This document shows, in pieces, positions 1 to 8,140 of a stretch of DNA of 64,000 bases. A program made the position numbers and the translations under genes. Under the pieces are notes generated by a model that searched no databases, had not been told where the DNA came from, and saw only the letters and a program-made list of their open reading frames with translations. Numbering within the stretch: position 1 is the first letter of the stretch; every line of letters begins with the position of its first letter. The stretch is from Vulcanimicrobiaceae bacterium (GTDB lineage: Bacteria; Vulcanimicrobiota; Vulcanimicrobiia; Vulcanimicrobiales; Vulcanimicrobiaceae): the NCBI GenBank assembly GCA_035279385.1, contig DATEHZ010000061.1:4310-68309 (forward strand), written 5' to 3'.

Positions 1-1
1 G

Positions 2-1093
2 GCAAACGCGCTGCGTGCTGCACTCGCGCACGGCGATCCGCCGTTCGAAGCGACCGTCGTCGACTCGTACAAGTACGCGGCTTCGGTCGTTTCGCGCGTC
101 GTGTCCGAAGGCTACCTGCGGATGGTCAAGACGATTCCGCAGATGTACCGTTTTCTGTACAATCGCGCGGAACTCGCAACGGAGGTCGGCCCGTTCCGCG
201 CGTGGGTGCATCAGTTCACGGCTACCAATCTGCGGCCGCTGCTGCAAGAATTGCGCCCGGACGTCGTCATCTGCACGCACGCGTTTCCGTGCGGCGTCAT
301 GGCGGAATATAAAAAGCAGTTCGCCGACGCGCCGCCGGTCATGGGCGTCGTCACCGATTTCGTCGTCCACGCCTTCTGGATTCACAACAACATCGAAGGC
401 TACGCGGTCGCTACGCCGGAGATGCGCGCGACGCTGATCGCGCGCGGCGTTCCGCGCGATCGCATCCTGGTTTCCGGCATTCCCGTTCACGCGGAGTTCT
501 CGCAGCAGCAAAGCGATCGCAATACCCTTCGCGAGCGTCTGGGTTTGCCGCTGGATCGCAGCACCGTGCTGCTGATGGGCGGAGGCCTGGGCATCGGCCC
601 GCTCGAGGCCATGATGCACGCGCTCGACCGCGTTCGAACGCCGCTCTGCGCGCTGGCAATCGTCGGCCGCAGCGCGCGCAGCGAGCAGCGCGTGCTCGAA
701 TACGCGCATCGCGTCGGGTATCCCGTGCGCGTCGTGCGGTTCGTAAACAACGTGCACGATTACATGCACGCGAGCGACCTGCTCATCACCAAGCCCGGCG
801 GTCTTACCTCTGCGGAAGCGCTCGTCGCGCAAGTGCCGATGGTGCTCTTCAAACCGCTTCCGGGCCAAGAGGAACGCAATACGCGCTATTTGGTGCAGCG
901 GCGCGCCGCGCTTCGTGCAAAATCCACGGCCGATTTGACGCGCACCGTCGAATCGCTGCTCGAGTCGGGCGAGAAACGCGACACGATGCGTGCCGCAATG
1001 GCAAAGCTCGGCAAACCCGACGCCGCGGCGCAGGTGGCCGCCGCTATTCGCGCGCTGGCAGCCGGAGGCGCGCAAGGAGAAGAGATCGCATGA
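2..1093 (+). CDS. Glycosyltransferase family 28, MGDG-synthase/UgtP-like (5' end cut by window edge)
   Basis: Frame is open from nt 2. N-terminal MGDG-synthase-like region (RPDVVICTHAFP) and C-terminal GT28 motif ITKPGGLTSAEAL..PGQEERN. Confidence 0.8.
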   Translation, partial: ANALRAALAHGDPPFEATVVDSYKYAASVVSRVVSEGYLRMVKTIPQMYRFLYNRAELATEVGPFRAWVHQFTATNLRPLLQELRPDVVICTHAFPCGVMAEYKKQFADAPPVMGVVTDFVVHAFWIHNNIEGYAVATPEMRATLIARGVPRDRILVSGIPVHAEFSQQQSDRNTLRERLGLPLDRSTVLLMGGGLGIGPLEAMMHALDRVRTPLCALAIVGRSARSEQRVLEYAHRVGYPVRVVRFVNNVHDYMHASDLLITKPGGLTSAEALVAQVPMVLFKPLPGQEERNTRYLVQRRAALRAKSTADLTRTVESLLESGEKRDTMRAAMAKLGKPDAAAQVAAAIRALAAGGAQGEEIA

Positions 1094-1635
1094 GGATGGC
1101 TTCACACTGGACGTACGCGGGATGGTTTACCGTGCTCCGCTTATACGTCGGCGCGTTCTGGCTCTCACACGGCATTCCAAAATTCTTGGACTCCGCCGCC
1201 TATATGCCGCCGTCCGGGTACATGCCGCAAATCGTGCAGAAAGCCGTGATGTCGCAGGCCGGCTTTTATCACGACTTTCTGCTGAACGTCGTCACCCCGA
1301 ACATCAACGTTTTCGCGGAATTGGTGCGCGTGGGCGAAGTGCTCGTCGGGTGCAGTTTAATTTTGGGCGTCTTCACACGCTTCGGCGGTTTGGCCGGATG
1401 CTTCTTGGCTCTCAACTATATGGCGGTGAACGGCGAATTCTCGACTTGGACGACGATCGGATCGCTCGAGGCCGCTGCGTTCGTACTCTCGTTCTCGATG
1501 CTCGCCATTCCGGCCGGACGCGTCGCCGGCGTCGATGCGATGCTGGTGCGGCGCCCGCGCGTTCGTAAAGACCTCGTTATTCCGGAGCTCGTCGAAGAGC
1601 CGCCGACACGACCGGTCGACTCCAGCTCGACCTGA
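1090..1635 (+). CDS. DoxX family membrane protein
   Basis: ATGA overlap with the upstream stop. Four hydrophobic segments with a DoxX-like pattern (LRLYVGAFWLSHGIPKF, AELVRVGEVLVG). Confidence 0.7.
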   Translation: MRMASHWTYAGWFTVLRLYVGAFWLSHGIPKFLDSAAYMPPSGYMPQIVQKAVMSQAGFYHDFLLNVVTPNINVFAELVRVGEVLVGCSLILGVFTRFGGLAGCFLALNYMAVNGEFSTWTTIGSLEAAAFVLSFSMLAIPAGRVAGVDAMLVRRPRVRKDLVIPELVEEPPTRPVDSSST

Positions 1636-1667
1636 GCGGGCCCGCGCAGGCTCCACTTGCGTCGGTG

Positions 1668-1676
1668 TGGTATAGT
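1668..1676 (+). promoter_or_regulatory. Possible extended -10 promoter (TGgTATAGT) for the tRNA-Ser/tRNA-Arg pair
   Basis: TGGTATAGT lies about 16 nt upstream of the tRNA-Ser 5' end. No good -35 element. Confidence 0.3.
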
Positions 1677-1691
1677 GGTCCGGTCCGCCAC

Positions 1692-1782
1692 GGAGAGGTG
1701 GGTGAGTGGCTGAAACCAGTCGTTTGCTAAATGACCGACGGTCAAAAACCGTCCGAGGGTTCGAATCCCTCCCTCTCCGCCA
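1692..1782 (+). tRNA. tRNA-Ser(GCU), CCA encoded
   Basis: Hand-folded: acceptor GGAGAGG/CCTCTCC, anticodon arm GTCGT-TTGCTAA-ATGAC, long variable arm, T-arm GAGGG-TTCGAAT-CCCTC. Confidence 0.9.
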
Positions 1783-1848
1783 CGATAACTAGCGATATTT
1801 ATCGTAGAGGGGAAAAGAAAAAACGCGACGTAGCAGTCGCGGCTGTGT

Positions 1849-1925
1849 GCGGTCGTAGCTCAATTGGATAGAGCAACAGGCTACGAACTTGTAGGTTGGG
1901 GGTTCGAGTCCCTCCGACCGCGCCA
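1849..1925 (+). tRNA. tRNA-Arg(ACG), CCA encoded
   Basis: Acceptor GCGGTCG/CGACCGC, anticodon arm ACAGG-CTACGAA-CTTGT, T-loop TTCGAGT. Confidence 0.9.
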
Positions 1926-1931
1926 TGTGAA

Positions 1932-1966
1932 AAGAGCCCGGCGATCACGCCGGGCTCTTTCGATTT
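1932..1966. terminator. Hairpin terminator shared by the tRNA pair (+) and CDS 1974..2642 (-)
   Basis: Perfect 12-bp stem AAGAGCCCGGCG-atca-CGCCGGGCTCTT followed by tcgattt. Confidence 0.7.
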
Positions 1967-1973
1967 GTACTCC

Positions 1974-2642
1974 TTAGTGCGCGAACGAATCCGTTTGTAA
2001 TTGAACGTCGATCGTACGTTCCACGGTTTGGCTCGTCGAGGGATGCAGCATCGTCTCTTCGTGCAGCGATTTTGGAACGCTCATCGCCGTGTCGTAGACG
2101 ATGGTGCCCTCGGTATGTTCGTTGCCCGAGGCCGCGTCCTGGTCGCGAACCTCGATGTTTTCGGTAATTCTTGCAAGGCCGTTCTGGTTGCTTACGATCG
2201 TGAAGTCCGTCGTTTCTTTCAAACCGCGCTTGCCGCCGGTTTGCAGTTGCCAGTGATTCTTCTGATCCAGATTGCCGGTATCCACGAAATTGCGCCCGAG
2301 TATCCGGAGCAGTTGGTACATTTCCGGATCGATCGATGAGTTTGCCGAGCACTCGACGTGCGTGTTTCCGTACACGGCGCACATGACCGGATCCACGAAA
2401 CGCGCGCGATCCGTGGACGATTTCTCGGAAATGCGAATGACCAGACCGCCGTCGTTCGCAACCGCCACGACGTCCACGGTAATCGTGCCTTTGTCGGTGC
2501 CGGCGCTCCAAGACGTCCCAACGCCCGGCGCACCCGTTCCTATGCCGCCGTAGTGGAATTCGGAATCGCTGCGAACGTTCGACGTGTAGTTGTACACCAA
2601 GTGGCGCAGAGCCGGTGCAGACATCGGAATAGGCATCAACAC
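1974..2642 (-). CDS. Hypothetical protein
   Basis: 222-aa ORF with ordinary composition (not an Arg/Ala shadow). No family recognised. Confidence 0.55.
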   Translation of the reverse strand: MLMPIPMSAPALRHLVYNYTSNVRSDSEFHYGGIGTGAPGVGTSWSAGTDKGTITVDVVAVANDGGLVIRISEKSSTDRARFVDPVMCAVYGNTHVECSANSSIDPEMYQLLRILGRNFVDTGNLDQKNHWQLQTGGKRGLKETTDFTIVSNQNGLARITENIEVRDQDAASGNEHTEGTIVYDTAMSVPKSLHEETMLHPSTSQTVERTIDVQLQTDSFAH

Positions 2643-2716
2643 ACCCCTATCAATATGCGCTCCCCGGTCGCCTAAAGCGGCGGCCGAGCGTGCGGAGGAC
2701 TTTCCGACGGGAACCC

Positions 2717-2746
2717 TTGAAACCTGGTGGCCGGGTTTGCTAGAGT
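2717..2746 (+). promoter_or_regulatory. Possible sigma70-type promoter for tRNA-Met
   Basis: TTGAAA-18 nt-TAGAGT, ending 27 nt upstream of the tRNA. Confidence 0.35.
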
Positions 2747-2772
2747 AGAGCGTCGAACGGCGGACGTCGTAC

Positions 2773-2844
2773 GGCTCGGTAGCTCAGCGGTAGAGCGGGG
2801 GACTCATAAGCCCTAGGTCGTAGGTTCAAATCCTACCCGAGTCA
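2773..2844 (+). tRNA. tRNA with CAU anticodon (elongator Met, or Ile2 if lysidinylated); no encoded CCA
   Basis: Acceptor GGCTCGG/CCGAGTC, anticodon loop CTCATAA, T-arm GTAGG-TTCAAAT-CCTAC. G1-C72 argues against an initiator tRNA. Confidence 0.8.
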
Positions 2845-2850
2845 GATTTC

Positions 2851-2883
2851 GAAGTCCGGAGCGCTTGCAGTGCTCCGGACTTC
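2851..2883 (+). terminator. Hairpin after tRNA-Met
   Basis: 12-bp stem GAAGTCCGGAGC...GCTCCGGACTTC; weak T tract. Confidence 0.55.
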
Positions 2884-2953
2884 TCGATTCATGCCGGATC
2901 GAAACCTGAAGGGAATAGCCGGGGTCCGGTAGGATGAAGGCAGGCCTACGACT

Positions 2954-3190
2954 ATGTCTACAATTCCGTGCGACTTTTGTCCCCATCCCGTCGATCGCAA
3001 TCAGATGGAAGAGATCGAAATCTCCCATTACGTCCCGGACAGCTCCGGAGATGATTTGGCGTACGCCCGGACGTACTTCTTCGGGCATCCGGACTGCGTG
3101 CGGAAATTCTACCGCGGACTGGTCGACCACAAGCTTGATCTGTTCAAGCACATCCCCAGCGCCGGCAATACGCAAGAAGGCCAGCGCTGA
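2954..3190 (+). CDS. Small Cys/His-containing hypothetical protein
   Basis: 78-aa ORF between two tRNAs with coding-like composition. CDFC...HPDC suggests a zinc-binding knuckle. Confidence 0.45.
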   Translation: MSTIPCDFCPHPVDRNQMEEIEISHYVPDSSGDDLAYARTYFFGHPDCVRKFYRGLVDHKLDLFKHIPSAGNTQEGQR

Positions 3191-3197
3191 TCCATAT

Positions 3198-3272
3198 GCG
3201 CTCGTAGCTCAATTGGATAGAGCGCTGCCCTCCGAAGGCAGAGGTCTGCGAGTTCAAATCTCGCCGAGCGCG
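3198..3272 (+). tRNA. tRNA-Arg(CCG), no encoded CCA
   Basis: Acceptor GCGCTCG/CGAGCGC, anticodon arm CTGCC-CTCCGAA-GGCAG, T-loop TTCAAAT. Confidence 0.9.
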
Positions 3273-3293
3273 TGAAAGTGCCATAGGGTTGTC

Positions 3294-3728
3294 ATGGAGC
3301 GACCGTACAGTTGCTCCATGCGACCCTGTTGTGCATGCGGTGTGTTGTACGAACCAAATCGCGATAAAAGTTACCGGTGCCCGAAGTGCAAGAGTGACTA
3401 CAATAGGCAGCACTACGAGGCGAACAAGGCGGCATACGTGGCACGCGCTGCCGCAAGAAAGATGCAAGTTCTTCTTGATTTGAATCTGCGGCTCTGCGAA
3501 TATCTCGATTCGCATCCGTGCGTTGACTGCGGTGAACCGGATCCCGTGGTATTGGAGTTCGACCACGTAGCAGAGAAATCAAACGACATTGCAGGCATGG
3601 TCGGAAGAGGCCATTCTTGGCGCGCGATCTTACGCGAAATCGCAAAGTGCGAAGTTCGTTGCGCGAATTGTCATCGCCGGGTAACGGCGAAACGTGCAAA
3701 CTGGATTCGGTATCGATTGAGTGGATGA
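3294..3728 (+). CDS. HNH (His-Me finger) endonuclease-like protein
   Basis: Cys clusters plus CVDCGE..LEFDHV...CANCHRR, a classic HNH layout. Overlaps the tadA start by 8 nt. Confidence 0.7.
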   Translation: MERPYSCSMRPCCACGVLYEPNRDKSYRCPKCKSDYNRQHYEANKAAYVARAAARKMQVLLDLNLRLCEYLDSHPCVDCGEPDPVVLEFDHVAEKSNDIAGMVGRGHSWRAILREIAKCEVRCANCHRRVTAKRANWIRYRLSG

Positions 3729-4161
3729 ATACTACATCCGCCGCGCCATGGATCTGGCAGCGCGTGCGGAAGAAGCCGGCGACGTTCCCATAGGCGCGGT
3801 GCTCGTAAGCGGTGACGTCCTAGTCGAGGCAAAGAACGAGAAAGAAAGCCGGCCGGACGCGACGGCGCACGCCGAAATGCTGCTGCTGCAGCAGGCGGCG
3901 CGCACGCTGAACGCTTGGCGGCTCTCGGATGCGACGGTGTACGTGACGAAGGAGCCCTGCGTGATGTGTGCCGGTGCGATGGTCGCGGCGCGTATCAAGC
4001 GCCTCGTCTACGGTTGCCCCGACCCGAAGGGCGGCGCCGCGGGCAGCGTCTTGGACGTCGTGCGGCATCCGTCGCTGAATCACCGCATGGAGGTCACCGC
4101 CGGAGTGCTGGCCGCCGAAACGGCCGCGCAGCTCCAAGAGTTCTTTCGGAAGCGCCGCTAG
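3721..4161 (+). CDS. tadA: tRNA adenosine(34) deaminase
   Basis: CDA-fold motifs HAE and PCVMCAG, about 146 aa, GTG start. Confidence 0.9.
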   Translation: MDEYYIRRAMDLAARAEEAGDVPIGAVLVSGDVLVEAKNEKESRPDATAHAEMLLLQQAARTLNAWRLSDATVYVTKEPCVMCAGAMVAARIKRLVYGCPDPKGGAAGSVLDVVRHPSLNHRMEVTAGVLAAETAAQLQEFFRKRR

Positions 4162-4217
4162 CAAGAGTTTTGCTCGCCCGCGCGAATCAGCGGTCTTTTG
4201 TCAGCCGTACTGCGCCT

Positions 4218-4305
4218 GGAGAGGTGGTCGAGTGGTTGAAGGCACCCGCCTCGAAAGCGGGCAGACGTGATGAGCGTCTCGAGAGTTCGAATCTCTCCCT
4301 CTCCG
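4218..4305 (+). tRNA. tRNA-Ser(CGA), no encoded CCA
   Basis: Acceptor GGAGAGG/CCTCTCC, anticodon arm CCCGC-CTCGAAA-GCGGG, long variable arm. Confidence 0.9.
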
Positions 4306-4315
4306 AATGTACGAG

Positions 4316-4346
4316 GAACCCGGCTCTTAGGGCCGGGTTCTTTCTT
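4316..4346 (+). terminator. Rho-independent terminator after tRNA-Ser(CGA)
   Basis: 9-bp stem GAACCCGGC/GCCGGGTTC followed by tttctt. Confidence 0.65.
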
Positions 4347-4458
4347 CATCGCAGCGCGATCTCCGTCGCGTTGTCGAATCCCAGACCGAACAGCACGCCG
4401 ATCGGATACACGTGCGCGCTACACTTCACCATCCCGAGTGCCGGCCGCAGGATCTTCC

Positions 4459-6477
4459 TTAGGATGCCGCCGTGCAATTCGGCATCGAGCGGGATTTGTC
4501 TGGGTCAAGCGGCGATTGCCGCCGTGCGGCCGTAACGTAATACTGCTCGACGTAGTCACGCACCATGCGGCTTGCCGAAAATCTCGGAGCGAGCTGCGAG
4601 AGGCCGGCGCGGATCTTGGCGACCCACGCCGTGGGAATGCCGCGTTCGTCGCGATCGAAAAACGCCGGAACGACGTCGCGCTCCAGTATCTCGTAAAGCC
4701 GCTGCGCGTCGGCTTCGTCGTCCGCCGCATCGGGATCGCGATCGCCGAGCGCCCAGCCGAACTGCGGCGCATAGGCTTCGTCCCACCAGCCGTCCAGCGT
4801 CGAGAGGTTCAAGCCGCCGTTCATCAGCGCTTTCATGCCGCTCGTGCCGCAGGCTTCCCACGGGCGGCGCGGCGTGTTGAGCCAGAGATCCGCACCTTGC
4901 GTGAACGCGGACGCGATGCCGAGATCGTAATCCGGTACGAAGAGCGCTCGGCCCGACACGTCCGGGCGCTGCGTGAATTCAACCCACCGGCGTATCGCCG
5001 CGCGGCCCTGCGTATCGCGCGGATGCGCCTTGCCGGCGATGAGCAGCCGCAGGGGACGCTTGGAATCGTTCAGCAGCAGCGCCAGGCGATCGGGATCGCT
5101 CAGCAACAGCGTGACGCGCTTATATTCCGTAAATCGACGCGAGAGGCACGCGACCATCGCGTTCGCCTCGAAGCCGAAGCGCTGTGTGAGCCCCGCGCGA
5201 AGCCGCTCGCGCGCGCTCCAGAGTTCCGCGTCACTCATCGCCGCGATCTTTGAATCCAGGTCGCCGTCCTCATCGCAGGCGAACGCGCTCCACGACGGCA
5301 CGTGAACGCCGTTCGTTACGTGCGAGATCGCAACGTCCGTAAAGATCGTCCGGCTGACCTGTTCGTGCAGCGCGCTAACGGCGTTGACGGCAGCAGAGCC
5401 TTCGACGGCCAGATACGCCATGTTGAACGGCGCGTTTGCGCCGGCGCCCTCGCGACCGAGCGCGAGCAGATCCCCGATTGTGACGCGCGCCTCACGCGCG
5501 TACTCGCGGAAATACTTCGAGACCAATTGCGGCTCGAAGCGATCGAAGCCCGCCGCCACCGCGGTATGCGTGGTGAAGAGATTGCCCCCGCGCGTCGCGC
5601 GGAGCGCTTCGTCGAACGCGCATCCGGTGAGCGCGGCAAACGCGCGGGCGCGTTCGAGGACGGCGAACGCGGCATGGCCTTCGTTCAAGTGGCACGCGGC
5701 ACATTCGATTCCCAGCCGCTCGATCGCGCGCCAGCCGCCGATGCCCAGGACGATTTCCTGCTGCAGGCGCGTCTCTTGATCGCCGCCATACAGGTCCGCC
5801 GTTATCGCGCGATCTCGCGCGGCGTTACGCGGATCGTTCGTATCGAGCAGATAGAGCGGTACGCGTCCGACTTGCGCCTTCCACACCCGCGCGTGCACGG
5901 TGCGTCCCGGAAACGCAAGCGCGACCGAGAACTGTTCGCCGCCCTCGGTAAGCACGCCGGAGATGGGCAGCGACGCCGGGTCGTTGTACGGATAGCTCTC
6001 GCGCTGCTCGCCGCCCTGGTCGATCGCCTGGCGGAAGTAGCCGCGTTGGTATAACAGACCGACGCCCACAACCGGCACGCCGAGATCGCTCGATGCCTTC
6101 AAGACGTCGCCGGCGAGCACGCCGAGGCCGCCCGCATAGATCGGCAGCGCTTCGCTTGCGCCGAACTCCATGCTGAAATACGCAATCGCACCGGCGATTG
6201 CGCCGGCGTGCGTAACGTCGAACCACGTGCGGCGCTCGAGGTATCCCTCGCGCTCCTGCGCTAAGCGAGCGAGCGTGCGCAGAAATGCCGGATCGGCACC
6301 GAGTTCGCGCAGGCGGCTTTCGGAAGCGCCACATAGGACGCCCCAGCCATTGCGCGTTGCTTCCCATGCGGGTTTGTCGATCGTTTCCCACAATTCGTCT
6401 GCGTCATGACAAGAAAGCCAGCGCAGGTCGAGCGCCAGATCGGTGAGCGAGTGTAATACATCGGGCAGCGTACGCAC
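4459..6477 (-). CDS. glgP: Alpha-glucan (glycogen/maltodextrin) phosphorylase, GT35
   Basis: YFSMEFG..LPIYAGGLGVLAGD, GKAHPRD and TSGMKALMNGGLN (PLP-lysine region). Confidence 0.85.
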   Translation of the reverse strand: MRTLPDVLHSLTDLALDLRWLSCHDADELWETIDKPAWEATRNGWGVLCGASESRLRELGADPAFLRTLARLAQEREGYLERRTWFDVTHAGAIAGAIAYFSMEFGASEALPIYAGGLGVLAGDVLKASSDLGVPVVGVGLLYQRGYFRQAIDQGGEQRESYPYNDPASLPISGVLTEGGEQFSVALAFPGRTVHARVWKAQVGRVPLYLLDTNDPRNAARDRAITADLYGGDQETRLQQEIVLGIGGWRAIERLGIECAACHLNEGHAAFAVLERARAFAALTGCAFDEALRATRGGNLFTTHTAVAAGFDRFEPQLVSKYFREYAREARVTIGDLLALGREGAGANAPFNMAYLAVEGSAAVNAVSALHEQVSRTIFTDVAISHVTNGVHVPSWSAFACDEDGDLDSKIAAMSDAELWSARERLRAGLTQRFGFEANAMVACLSRRFTEYKRVTLLLSDPDRLALLLNDSKRPLRLLIAGKAHPRDTQGRAAIRRWVEFTQRPDVSGRALFVPDYDLGIASAFTQGADLWLNTPRRPWEACGTSGMKALMNGGLNLSTLDGWWDEAYAPQFGWALGDRDPDAADDEADAQRLYEILERDVVPAFFDRDERGIPTAWVAKIRAGLSQLAPRFSASRMVRDYVEQYYVTAARRQSPLDPDKSRSMPNCTAAS

Positions 6478-6534
6478 GCTGCTCGCATTCTCGATGAGCG
6501 CGCATGTCCATGCGTACGCTTTGATCGCGTATCG

Positions 6535-7128
6535 TTAAATGAGCGGGACGTTCGGCGCCGCGGTTTTGGGATAGAGCCCGAGCGTGCGCGGGTCGTCGTG
6601 AATCTCGACTTGCCGTTTGAACGGCGCGAAACCGGAACGAATATAGAACGGCAGCGCGTCCGGATGATCGAGCGTGCAGGTATGCAGCCACAGCCGCCGT
6701 ATCGGCCGCGACCAGGCAGCATCGAGCGCGTAGTTCATGAGTTTGCGGCCGGCGCCCGTTCCGCGCAAACGCTCGCTCACCCCGAACAGGCGCACTTCGC
6801 ATTCTCCCGCTTGGCGAAAGTCGAGATGGAGGATGCCCTCGTCCCGGCCGCCGGTCAAAAGCGCGTAGATCGCAACCTTCGGGTCACGAACCTGCTCCGC
6901 GAATTGTTCGTCGGTTATGAGCAGCGGCGACTGCCACAGATACGGTTCTCCGACGTGTCGCACCAGCGCGCGGTATCGCCGCGCATCCGGCTGCGTGAAC
7001 GCTTCGATCGTCAGCGCAGGCGACACGCGCTCCGGACGCGGATCCGCGCGTTCGCGCATCTCGAGGCACGTGACGACGTTCGCGAGTTTTCCCGGTGGAA
7101 GATCGGTGTAGCCGTCAGCGAGCGACAT
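6535..7128 (-). CDS. GNAT family N-acetyltransferase
   Basis: Acetyl-CoA binding-like motif RLRGTGAGRKLM within a GNAT-sized C-terminal domain. Confidence 0.7.
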   Translation of the reverse strand: MSLADGYTDLPPGKLANVVTCLEMRERADPRPERVSPALTIEAFTQPDARRYRALVRHVGEPYLWQSPLLITDEQFAEQVRDPKVAIYALLTGGRDEGILHLDFRQAGECEVRLFGVSERLRGTGAGRKLMNYALDAAWSRPIRRLWLHTCTLDHPDALPFYIRSGFAPFKRQVEIHDDPRTLGLYPKTAAPNVPLI

Positions 7129-7348
7129 ACCGGTATTGGCCCGGCTGCCACTCGCACACGCTCGCGTCGCGCATGACGAACGACTCGCAGCCGTCGACGT
7201 CGGGATTAAAATCCGCGTTCAGACGCTTTGTCGCGTCCCAGTCGACTGCGGGCTCCTGGCGCGCCGCGCCGCGCGCTTTCACGTACGAGAACTGGGGATT
7301 TTTCGTAAGCGCGTTGAGCGCTTTGGCCAAGCGTTGCGCGTCTGTCAT
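7115..7348 (-). CDS. Hypothetical small protein
   Basis: 77-aa ORF with a 14-nt overlap onto the GNAT start. No family recognised. Confidence 0.4.
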   Translation of the reverse strand: MTDAQRLAKALNALTKNPQFSYVKARGAARQEPAVDWDATKRLNADFNPDVDGCESFVMRDASVCEWQPGQYRYVAR

Positions 7349-7410
7349 GCTTGCCTTGGTTCCTCGCTCCCGAGGGGCTTCCCCTCGCCCATTGAAGAGG
7401 TAGCGGTACT

Positions 7411-8124
7411 ATGGCCCTGTCCCATATCGTCATGCATTTTGCGCTGTGCAACTCGGCCGCGCGCCTCGGCCCGCAGGCCGACTTGCCGGTGCACATCGTC
7501 GTCACCGACAAGATCAATCGCGACGTCGTCGATCAAACCGCGCGCGTTTCGCGCTACGAAGGCAACACGAGCGCTGCAGAGTTCGACGTCGCGTGGGGCA
7601 TCTATCGCGCGACCGTAACGATGCGCGCGGGACACGCCACGTGCAGTGCGGTGCAATACTTTGCGGTGCAGCCGGATCACAATCGCACGTTGACCGTGCA
7701 GCTGCGCGACGGCAATTCGCCCGCGCCGGTTCCGACGCTGATCACCGGAACCGCGCCGTTCGCGTTCTCGTACGTGGAGCCGACGGTACTGGTGTTCACC
7801 GCCGGAAGTACGAAATGTAACGGCCCCGTCGGCAATCCGGTCGACGTGAACATCGATCAAGAGACGGACAACGACGGTTACTACGCGTCGGTGTTTCCGA
7901 GCCCCGCACTTGCGGCGAAAGGTCCGTTCGTGCTCGCCGTGCGTCTGAAAGACTCACAGGGCGGCTATCATTATATTCGCGTTCCGGCCGAGTTTCTCGG
8001 CATGTCGCCGCGCTGGCCGTCCATGGGCCAATTCGACGTAACCGAAGACGTGGTCGACTACGTGCAGGACAAACCCGAAGACACGCTGCTGTGTCCGCGC
8101 CTGTATAAGACGTCCGTGCACTGA
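7411..8124 (+). CDS. Hypothetical protein
   Basis: 237-aa ORF with non-shadow composition. No family recognised. Confidence 0.5.
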   Translation: MALSHIVMHFALCNSAARLGPQADLPVHIVVTDKINRDVVDQTARVSRYEGNTSAAEFDVAWGIYRATVTMRAGHATCSAVQYFAVQPDHNRTLTVQLRDGNSPAPVPTLITGTAPFAFSYVEPTVLVFTAGSTKCNGPVGNPVDVNIDQETDNDGYYASVFPSPALAAKGPFVLAVRLKDSQGGYHYIRVPAEFLGMSPRWPSMGQFDVTEDVVDYVQDKPEDTLLCPRLYKTSVH

Positions 8125-8140
8125 CGTCGAAACGTCCCGG

